Assembly: GCF_009914755.1 (NCBI RefSeq)
Contig: NC_060942.1
Direction: 5' to 3' (one strand)
Length of the DNA: 64,000 nt
Origin: the human T2T-CHM13v2.0 reference genome, Homo sapiens
In this document: in pieces, positions 53,702-64,000 of the stretch
Layout of the letters: each line of letters opens with the position of its first letter
Numbering within the stretch: position 1 is the first letter of the stretch
The notes under the pieces: generated by a model
The model's input: the letters and a program-made list of their open reading frames with translations, nothing else
Told to the model about the DNA's origin: nothing
Databases searched by the model: none
Translations under genes and position numbers: made by a program

Positions 53702-54140
53702 GTTCTATGAGCCCCATGCACTGCCCCATTGCAGCATTGACTTCATGACCCTATAATTCTTTCCATATCCAAACTGAGCCCCTCCCTGGACCGCAAGCTT
53801 CATGAGGAAAGGGCCAAGTCCACGGTATTCATCACTGTGTTCCCAGTGCCTAGCTTGGCACTGGAGTTTCATATATTTATCATGAGTGCACAAGTGAGTG
53901 AATAATTTCATTAATTAATTAATCCAGATGAAGGGGAGAAGATAGGGAGTCCAGGTTTGAACATGATCAGATTAAGGTATCTGTAAAATATTCAAATGAA
54001 ATTACCTCACAGACAACTGGAAACAGGTATATAGAGCTCAAGAGAGTAGGTTTGGTCTAAAAATAGACAGTCAGCATTAGCAGCCTCTATAAGATAACAG
54101 AACAATGAAGAGACCTGGAAAGAAGCAGCAATATGAGAAG
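53702..54140. mobile_element. L2 fragments: 3' end in + orientation (53702-53905) next to an upstream part in - orientation (53930-54140)
   Basis: gcaagcttcatgagg...ttcatcactgtgttcccagtgcctagc...gtgagtgaat (+); ggagtccaggtttgaacatg...gacaactggaaa...agagctcaagagag (-). Confidence 0.7.
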
Positions 54141-54333
54141 AGGTTGAGTGAGTGAGTCACAGTAGGTTGGCTGACGTCTCTGTGCTCTGAGGTATTGCCC
54201 TGCTATTTAACAAAACCGATAGTAAATCTCTTATGGATGATGACAGTTTTCAGAAATTCTTTTTATAGATGGAACTTTCTTGGAACTCCTCAGAAAACAC
54301 CATGTGGGCAGCCATATGGTGAACTAGTCCATC

Positions 54334-54768
54334 TCTCTTAGTTCCAGCTGCTGTAACAAAGTACAGATGGTCCCCGACTTATGATGGTTGGACTTAGAAT
54401 TTTTTGACTTTGCATAACCCTACTGTAAGGTAGGAGCATCTGTACCACAGACTGAGTGGCTTACAAACAACAGAAGTTTATTTTTCACAGTTCTGGAAGC
54501 TAGAAGTTCAAGAGCCGGGTACCAACATGGTCAGGTTCTGCTAAGGCCATGCTTCCAGATTGCAAACTGCCATCTTGTGCCCTCGCATGACGAAAAGAGG
54601 GCAAGAGAGCTTCCTGGGGTTCTCTGTAGAAGGATACTGATCCCATTCATGAGAGGTTCAACCTTCATCACCTAATTACCTTCCAAAGGTCCCACCTCCT
54701 AAAACCATCACATTGGAAGTTGGGATTTCAACATATATATTTTGTGGGGACACATTTAGTTCATTGCA
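54334..54768 (-). mobile_element. MLT1A-type MaLR LTR containing a MER47 mini-element
   Basis: gctgctgtaacaaagta|ccacagactgagtggctta...cacagttctggaagctagaag...ggatttcaacata. Confidence 0.88.
54364..54442 (-). mobile_element. MER47-type (Tigger) MITE, internally deleted, TA TSD
   Basis: TIRs cagatggtccccgactta / taaggtaggagcatctg; TA on both sides. Confidence 0.85.
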
Positions 54769-54794
54769 CTACTACCTGTCCATTAGTCTATCTC

Positions 54795-54950
54795 TAGTAG
54801 ATAATACTGACTGAGTGCTTATCATGTGACAGGTGCTATTCTAAATGCTTCACATGGATTCTCTCATTTAATCCTCACAATACTGTCAGGCAGTTCTTAT
54901 CATCCCCATTTCACAGACATGGAAACTAAGGGCCTGAGATACAGCCTATT
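54795..54950 (-). mobile_element. MIR
   Basis: actgagtgcttatcatgtgacagg...catttaatcctcacaa...catccccatttcacagacatggaaact. Confidence 0.85.
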
Positions 54951-55574
54951 GTGACTCCCTCTTAAACTATAATGATAGCTCTCTAGATATATTAGAAAAT
55001 GAAATTGTTTGGTTGCTAAAATCAACTGTCCATAGAATGAGGAGAGTCTCCAAGCCAATAAGCTCCATGTGATTCACCTGTAAGATCTGGGGGTTTTATC
55101 CATTAAGAGCAAAGCACCATCCTCCCTTAGCAGAAATGCCCCTTCTAGACTTCGTTCCCCGGCAAGGCTTCCTGGGCACCCATTCCTGACAGCTGATTGA
55201 ACACATTAAATCAGCCCACAGGAATAAGTCAAACTCTATTAGTAACTCTGTAGAAATGCTAAGTCTATTTATTTATTATGAGTTATTCATAAACATCAAG
55301 ACTAGACTTTATAATTTAATACCACCTGCAATGATTCCTGAAAGTGGCAGTATTTTACCACTATGATCTGATTAATTGACCTGTTCAAACAGAGCTCCGA
55401 ATCAAGCATAACTTCCCTTTGACAGAAGTGTATTCATCTTCATCTCAAAGCCAGTCTTCTTGACTCATCAGGGGAGAACAAAAGAGCTCATCTAAGGGAA
55501 CCAATTAAAATCATCTGAAATAATATGGATATTCTACTAAAGAAATATGTATAAGCTCTTAATATTTTCTTTTC

Positions 55575-55845
55575 TAAAAATATACAAAGGAGTACACACT
55601 TTATTTCAATCATGTATGTTCAAAAACACACAAATGTAATGATGCTGTCAGAAGGCAGGACAAGGGTTTTCCTTGGCAGCAGAGGCTGGGAAGACCTAAT
55701 CCCTGGGGTAGGGCATGAGAGGGGCCTCTGAGGGATTGGACAGGCTCTGGGTGCTGGTTTGATGAGTGTGTTCACATTGTGAAAATTCATCATATGCAGA
55801 CTTTTCTTTATTTATGTCATATTTCAATTAAATGTTTACCAAAAA
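55575..55845 (+). mobile_element. L1ME 3' end
   Basis: ctgggtgctggttt..tgagtgtgttcacattgtgaaaattcatca...atatttcaattaaa. Confidence 0.75.
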
Positions 55846-56158
55846 TTAAGGGGGAAAAAAGCAATAATTCATACTCCAGCAGCACCACACAGTCAGAGGC
55901 TTAACTGAAGACAATACTTCAGTTAAACTCCTCCAACTCCTGGATGTAATTACTAGATAGGCAAATCACATTAAATGAACCTCAGTTTGCTCACTTGTAA
56001 AATAAGAACAATGCCCCTTCATAAGTGGATGAAAAATGACTATAAAAATTTTTATATATGTTTATATGTATATTACTATCTGCCAGTTTGTAACTTGCTA
56101 TGAAAATTCAGTATTACGCTACTATTATTGTTATAATTATTATATAATCCTTAATTTC

Positions 56159-56451
56159 TTTTCTTGTTTTTTGAAACAGGGCCTCACTCTATCGCCCAGG
56201 CTGGAGTGCTGTGGCACGATCTCGGCTCACTGCAACCTCCACCTCCCAGTCTCAAGCAATTCTCCAAAATTGCTCAGCCTCCAGAGTAGCTGGGTCTACA
56301 GGCGCGCACCACCATGCCCAGCTAACTTTTTGTAGTTTACTGGGGTTTTGCCATGTTGCCCCAGCTGGTCTCGAACGCCTGTGCTCAGGCAATCTGCCTG
56401 TCTCAGCCTCTCAAAGTGCTAGGATTACAGGCGTGAGCCATCACACCGGCC
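56159..56451 (-). mobile_element. AluJb, perfect 16-bp TSD
   Basis: TSD tataatccttaatttc at 56143-56158 and 56452-56467. Confidence 0.95.
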
Positions 56452-57675
56452 TATAATCCTTAATTTCAACAAATGTGCATCTACTCTTCCTGACCGCGCC
56501 TAAGCAGAGAGGTTAATGTGTTGACTCTAAAATTACTATTTAGATTGGCCCTGAAATAATAAAAGGATTAAACTAACTAGAGGCCAATATTTTGCCATGT
56601 CAATGAGTCTTGAAATCCCCTTGTTCATGACAGTCACAGGCAGGGCCAGCCTTTTACCAGGATGAGTTAGCAGCCCCTTGCACAGGACTCTTCCAGGCCT
56701 TTTCCTCAAACCATAACCTAAAATTCAAACACAAGGGATTCCTTTGATTGACAATAGAGAAGAATACACAATTTGAAAGACAGAATCCAGTGGACCATTC
56801 TCAACCTTTTCTTAAATTACGAAATTTTCCAGCCACTCATTAAGGAAGCAGGATGCTGGGTGGAGGAATAAAGGAAAGGGAGATTTTCAGCTCTAGAAGA
56901 TCAGTTGCTCCACCACTATAGACTGGATGTGTGGGGGCCAATATCTTGTTCCTTTTTTCTTAGGTCAATTGCCACAGACAACTTCAGATGAACTCATTCT
57001 TTTTAATGATGTCAATACAGGCAAATAGTTTACATTCAACATGATTCATTCTACAAATTATTATGAATATGTGTCAGGTGCTGAGGACACTGTTTGGGAA
57101 GACCAATAAGCTCCTGCTCCCACCGGGCTTATAGTCTAGCGGAGGCTGTAGAAGGCTTTCACGGTCAGGCAGGTATAGTCAATATTGCATACGAGGTTCC
57201 CTCAGCAAGGAGTCACAATATTCATTTGAAGTAAATGAACTGAACTCTCTTTACCACCATGTTTCAATCTCAACTAATGCTTTCATCACAGAACACCCAT
57301 TAATTCTAGAATCTGAAGAAACAGTGATATAGATTAAAATCGCTCCAAGAATTCAGGAAAATAAGAGAGCAATAAAGAATGGAGTCATCAGAAAGGCTTA
57401 AATAGAGGAAATGAGGCTGGCCGTGGATAGCTTGATTCTTGTTTTAAGACAGTATGCCCTCAGGAATTAAGGATGAGTTTCAGCCTCTGTTCTACAAAAA
57501 CACCCAATGTAAACAAGCTTAGCATTTAGCTGGTTCCCCAAGGACACACTTGATGTGAGGCCACTTGCTTGGTAGCCTGGCCATGTCTGTCACTTGACCT
57601 TTCTAGAATGAAACAGAATCTTGAGGCCTTGCAAAGGAGTTTTTCTACCTACAAAGGACCTTAAAACTATCTAGC

Positions 57676-58270
<595 letters not shown>

Positions 58271-58349
58271 TTACAACTTAACAGCCTCATTTTATATATG
58301 AAGATACTGAAGAGAAGTAGAGTCAGTTGCCTAAAGACACAGAGCTACA

Positions 58350-58650
<301 letters not shown>

Positions 58651-60030
58651 AAAGACCCAGAGCTAGTTAGTGACAAAGCCATTATTAGAATCTAGCTCCT
58701 GGGACTCCCTGTTCAGTGCTCTTACCACTACACCAGCTATTCAAAAACAAAATTACACCTCATTGCTGCCTTTCAATATAGCACATTCCTGCCTATAAAA
58801 CTTGTTTAAAGATGTATTTACAATAACTCTCTGTTCATTGCCTTAAAACTCTAAACAAGATAATAATATCGACCTTTGTTGAGATCTATACCAGATAGGC
58901 ATGGAGCCTGAGAAAAACCTAAAGGTGTTTAATTTTTTGCCTTGTAAATTTTCTCACTAAATATGACAGAAGGGAATATAGCTGGAAGCACTATAAAACA
59001 CCTATTAAAGAAGTTATCTCTTAAATAGGTACTGTTTACAAAATAAACCATATAGTCTCATTTTCTCCTTTATGATCTAATTTTCTTGTCAGCAGAGCTT
59101 ATTTTTTTTCTAAGAAGCAAAAAAAAAAAAAAAAAGATTTCAGCTGCAGTGTTGTCTTTTTACCTCCCAATCAACCAGAGCTGGTTATAAACAATAACAA
59201 CATGATCCTAGCTTTATAGTAGCTTTTAAATTGCAAAGAATTCTCTCAAGGGATTTGAGTCAAGGGGAAAAAAAACCCTAAAATATAGCATTTTCAATTA
59301 ATCTGCTTACTGGCAAAAGTTGCTAAAGAAGAGAAGGAAAATGAATATTGTTTTTGTTTCTTCTTCTTTAAATCTTTTACAAATAATTACACAAGGAACT
59401 TCAAGCTATTTAATTTGAACTTCAAGCCTGCAAAAAAAAATCTGTGCTCATGTTTCTGAAGAGAAATTCTCTAAAACAATAACTGGCACAGGAGAAAATA
59501 CATGCTGACAGGTATTTCAAAGGCAAGAACTTTTATTTTTGTTTTGTTTTTTCCTCCAGGGCAACTTTGTAAGCCATCATTTTTCTTGCAAGATTTCCCT
59601 CCCCTGAGGTGTTCCACATATACGCTGCAATAATAAATGAAAAAGGTGCCATTCAAAATGTATGGAAAGAGGATGTGGACAGAATAGATTTGATTCAGAT
59701 CCCATGATACTGGCCTGAGTGGTGGGAATTTCACGGAAATGCCCCAGACTGCTGAGTTTGTTAGACCCATTCACTTCACTCTCCATCCTGTACCTCATTT
59801 GTGAGTCCACAAAGCAATTGCCCTGACACAGCTCCAATAAAGGCAAGTCCTAACTTACCAACATTTGTCTTTCAAATATTTGCTTTTAATGTGGTTACTT
59901 GTAGCTAGACTCTCACATTAAAAAACAATGCAATGCTATCTATAACAACAATAATAATAACAATAATAGTTCATATTTATTAAGTATATTCCTTGTGCCA
60001 ATTTTTGTTCTAATTGCTTAACATGTTTTA

Positions 60031-60184
60031 ACTCATGTCTGTAATCCCAGCACTTTGGGAAGCCAAGGTGGGAGTATCATTTGAGCCCAGGAGGTTGAGG
60101 CTGTAGTGAGCTATGATGACTCCACTGTACTTCAGCCTCAGTAACAGAGTGAGACCCTGTCTCTAAAAGAAAAAGAAGAAGAAA
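60031..60184 (+). mobile_element. Alu monomer (FRAM/FAM-like)
   Basis: Single arm: tgtaatcccagcactttggga...gagcccaggaggttgaggctgtagtgagctatgat...gagaccctgtctc plus A tail. Confidence 0.85.
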
Positions 60185-60840
60185 TTGGATGGCCAAATAA
60201 CTGGATTCAAGTTGTCAGGAAATTAAGTCATTATCAAGATATGCACAGAAATAAAGAAAATGCATGAGGATGGCCTGAGACATAATTAGACCTGTGGCCT
60301 CCAATTTCCTCTTATGTTTCACTAGTATCAGGAAAATATTTTTAAGTGTACACTTCTAATATAGGTATTTTTCTTTTAACATAAAAACATGTGTCACTGT
60401 ATTACTATATAATAAACATTATAAACCATATGCACGAAATAGATGTTTTTAATGAGAGAAAATAGTTAAATGTCACTATTTGCCTATAACACATAATTTT
60501 TTTCTCAGAAGTAGATTTTATTGTGGAAGGAAAAGGAGGGGATGAGCCCTTGATACATGAATGAAGGATGTCCTAAAAGCCCAGCAAAGGCTCCTCAAGG
60601 AGATAATACTGTAAACAGTGGAATGATGTCCTGTTGGTCAAGGTAACGTATTTCAAAAAGATGGAAATTTCAAGAGTGTCAAATTCCCCAAGGTAATCTT
60701 GTATCATGGTGCCACCTTATTGGTCCACATCAAAGAGCTATGCTTGACTTGAGAACATCACATTCATTTTGCTTTTGATAATTCTTCCATTATATTTGCA
60801 TGTGTTTCCTACAGATTACATATAAAAATCTTGTGATCAA

Positions 60841-61137
60841 GGCCAGTTGTGGTGGCTCATTCCTATAATCCCAGTGCTTTAAGAGGCCAAGGTGAGAGGA
60901 TCTCTTGAGACCAAGAGTTCAAAACAAGCCTGGGCAATACAATGAGACCCTATCTCTACAACAAATTTGAAAATTAGCCAAGTGTGGTCATGCATATGCC
61001 TGTGGTCCCAGCTACTCAGGGGGCTGAGGCAAACAGACCCTTGACCCAGGAGTTTCAGGCTGCAGTGGGCCATGATCACACCACTGCACTTCAGCTCAGG
61101 TGACAGAGTAAGACTTCATCAAGAGAGAGAGAGAGAG
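60841..61137 (+). mobile_element. AluJ with (GA)n tail
   Basis: Diverged dimeric Alu; TSD atcttgtgat. Confidence 0.92.
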
Positions 61138-61734
61138 ATCTTGTGATTACAGTCATTTTACAGAAGAGGAAACTTATGGTTATACAATCAGTACATTATG
61201 GCTTTAAGATTCAAATGCTGAACAACTCATTCTGAGTTCATGGGTTTTCTTATTGTAATCAACTATCTTTTACTTATGGAGTTTAATTAATTTGCCTTTA
61301 ATTATCATTTTAAAAAACAACTTTTTAATATTTTTTCCACATACCAATGAATTATTGCACATTGTGGCATACATTCACCTTCCTATTTGGAAACCACTGA
61401 CAAGTTGACTGAGGCAGTCTGTTTTTAACAACTGTGCTTGCTTTTCTTAAATTCATTTCATCTTTGTCTTAAGGTGGCCTTGCTCATGGCAGTAATAAAG
61501 TTTAATTTTTTTCTGATCACACTCTTGCCTAATCTAGATTTTTTCCACACAAAAATCAATAAAAGGCAAATAATAGCTAAAACACTGTACTGAATCCCAC
61601 ATCACATTCTCATTTTATGTCATTCCCCAAAGCCATGAGATATTAGGAGAAATTTCTCCTTTCACAAATCAAATGAATAAGTAATTTGCTGCAGGCATAA
61701 ATAGGCAATTCAAAAGAGAAATAGAAACAGCCAA

Positions 61735-63320
61735 ATCATGAAAAGAATAGCCAAAACAATCTTGAAAAATAACAAAGTTGGAAGACTCAGACTTCCCAAT
61801 TTCAAAACTTATTTCAAAGCTACACTCATAAGACAGTGTCGTACTGGTATAAAATACATGTACAGCAGTCCCCACTTATCTCTGGGGGATATGTTCCAAG
61901 ATCCCCCAGTGGATGCCTGAAACCATGGATAGAACCAAACCAGATTGCCATAATCACAACTACTTCTGCTCATGTCTTCTACCCACAAATTTAATGCCTT
62001 TTCCATCTTAACTAAAAATGTATCATGCACTTTGGCTGTAACTTTTGCAGTTTGAGGTGCGACAGCAAAACTAGATTTCTTTTTCTGTCTTCACAATTCA
62101 TAGATATATTTGTTCTTACCACAGATCTTAGCAACTTTGGCATACGGGGATTTTTTTCTTTCCTTATTAAATAGAGAACTTTCAGATTTTCACCTAAAGG
62201 AAGCACTCGAAGGCTTCTCCTTGGCGTATGCAAATTTCTACCATCACTACTTTTATGCTTTGAGGCCATTATTAAGTAAAATAAGAGTGACTTGAACTCA
62301 AGCACTGCATGACAGTCTATCTGATAACCTAGATGGCTCCTAAGTGACTAACTTAGGGTGGGGAGCTTAGACAGCAGGGATCTGCTGGACAAAGGGATGA
62401 TTCACGTCCCAGGCAGGACAGAGCAGGATGGCACAAGATTTCATTATGCAACTCAGAACAGCATGTAATTTAAAACTGAGGAATTATTCATTTGTTGAAT
62501 TTTTCATTTAATATTTTTGGATCGTGGTTGACCACAGGTAACTGAAACCTCAGAAAGCAAAACCACAGATAAGTGAGGACTACTGTATGTATCAATGGAA
62601 TAGGATTGAGTGTTCAAGAAATAAATTCATACCTTTATGGTCAATTGATTTTTGCAAGGTTGCTAAGGCAACTCAGTGGGGAAAGAACAGTCTTTTCAAC
62701 AAATACTGCTGGAACAACTGGATGTGCCCATCTCAAAGGATGAAGTTGGACCCATCCCTTGTGCCACATATGAAAATTAACTCAAAATGAACCAAAGACT
62801 TAAATGTAAGAGCTAAAATGATAGAACTCTTAGAAATCGTGAAAAGATGTTTAAAATCACTAATAATCAAAAAAATACAAATTGAAATAAGAAATTGTAT
62901 TTTATTTCTCCAATTGATGAAAGAAATTCTAAAGGCCAGTACAGGTTCAGTTTGGAGGACACAGAACATGGATACACATTTTATGATTATGTGTATTGGC
63001 CCGTTCTGGAAAGCAGCTTGGCAATCTGAATCAGTGTTAAACTGTTTAACTCAGCAATTTCATTGAAAAGGGATTATCCTAAAGACATATTGGGTAAGGA
63101 TACAAAGTTGTACATGCAAGGATGCTCATCTAAGTATTTTAAAGAAGAGCAAGAAATTGAGAGTAAAATAAATGCTTATTTGTCAGGGTTTGGTTATAAA
63201 CAGATATACAATAAAGTAATAAGCAACCATTAAAATCATTGATTGATAGGTATATTTTATTGACATAGAAAAAATGTTGAGAATTTATTAAGGTAAAACA
63301 ATTAGGCAACAAAATAATAT
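61735..63320 (+). mobile_element. Old L1M ORF2 and 3' fragments split by MER44
   Basis: RIAKTILKNNKVGRLRLPNFKTYFKAT and QWNRIE...QWGKNSLFNKYCWNNW are L1 ORF2 motifs, collinear across the MER44. Confidence 0.85.
61863..62585 (-). mobile_element. MER44C/D (Tigger7-derived), TA TSD, with a transposase N-terminal remnant
   Basis: TIRs cagcagtcccacttatct / agataagtgaggactactg; TA on both sides; peptide MASKHKSSDGRNLHTPRRSLRVLPLGENLKVLYLIRKEK. Confidence 0.9.
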
Positions 63321-63322
63321 AT

Positions 63323-64000
63323 TTTTTCTTTTCTTTTTCTTTCTTCCCAACTTTTATTTTAGGTTCAGGGAGTACATATGCACATGTGCAGGTTTTATAC
63401 GGGTAAACTCTGTGTCATGGGGGCTTGGTATACAATTTATGTTGTCACCCCGGTAATAAGCATAATACCTAATAGGTAACTTTTCGATCCTCACCCCCCT
63501 CCCACCCTTCACCCTCAAGTTAAGCCCTGGCTTATGTCGTTCCCTTCTTTACATCCATGTATACTGAATGTCTGCCTCCCACTTATAAGGGAGAACATGG
63601 CATATTTGGTTTTCTTTCTGCGTGAATTTGCTTAAGATAACAGCCTCTAACTCCATCTATATTGCTGCAAAGGACATTTCCTTTTGTTGCTGTCTAGTAT
63701 TCCATGGTATATATGTACCACATTTTCTTTTTCCAGTCCACCGTTGATGGGCATTTAGGTTGGTTCCATGTCTTTGCTATTGTGAATAGCACTGCAATGA
63801 ACATACATGTGCATGTGTGTTTATGATAGAATGATTTATATTCTTTTGGGTATATACTAAGTAATAGGATTGCTTAGTTCAATGGTAGTTCTGCTGTAAT
63901 TTATTTGAGAAAACTCCAAACTGCTTTCCACAGTGGCTGAACTAATTTACATTCCCACCAACAGTGTGTAAGTGTTTCCTTTTCTCTGCAACCTCACCAT
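63323..64000 (-). mobile_element. L1PA15/16-type 3' end (runs off the window)
   Basis: caacttttattttaggttcaggg...gggtaaact..gtgtcatggggg...gatcctcacccc...ctccaaactgctttccacagtggctgaactaatttacattcccaccaacag. Confidence 0.92.

Noticed and set aside
62012-62305. Tigger transposase-like ORF as a domesticated gene
   Set aside because: Only a frameshifted N-terminal fragment inside a non-autonomous MER44.

Overview
This is primate genomic DNA, very likely human: it carries an Alu with all the AluYa5 diagnostic bases. The window is AT-rich, CpG-depleted and non-coding (intronic or intergenic), and roughly half or more is interspersed-repeat fossils. These include Alu, L1 (PA, PB, MA, MB, MC, ME), L2, MIR, MaLR/ERV LTRs including a two-LTR THE1 element, and hAT/Tigger/mariner MITEs. 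I recognise no host protein-coding exon, RNA gene, CpG island or CRISPR array. The ORFs I can place derive from repeats (Alu, L1 ORF2, THE1-int, Tigger7 transposase) or low-complexity sequence, and the rest look like chance ORFs. I found no new multi-gene biological system. The most interesting signals are footprints of mutational mechanisms. (1) An L1PA7-like insertion with both a twin-priming 5' inversion and about 125 bp of 3'-transduced sequence inside a 17-bp target-site duplication (TSD). (2) An apparent micro-inversion of an L2 bounded by perfect 16-bp inverted repeats. (3) A tailless, internally primed Alu with a TSD. (4) A near-perfect 42-bp local templated copy. (5) An unexplained ~105-nt hairpin. 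(6) A THE1 with discordant LTRs. Repeat subfamily names come from remembered consensus sequences, and boundaries of old elements are approximate; RepeatMasker/Dfam should confirm them.
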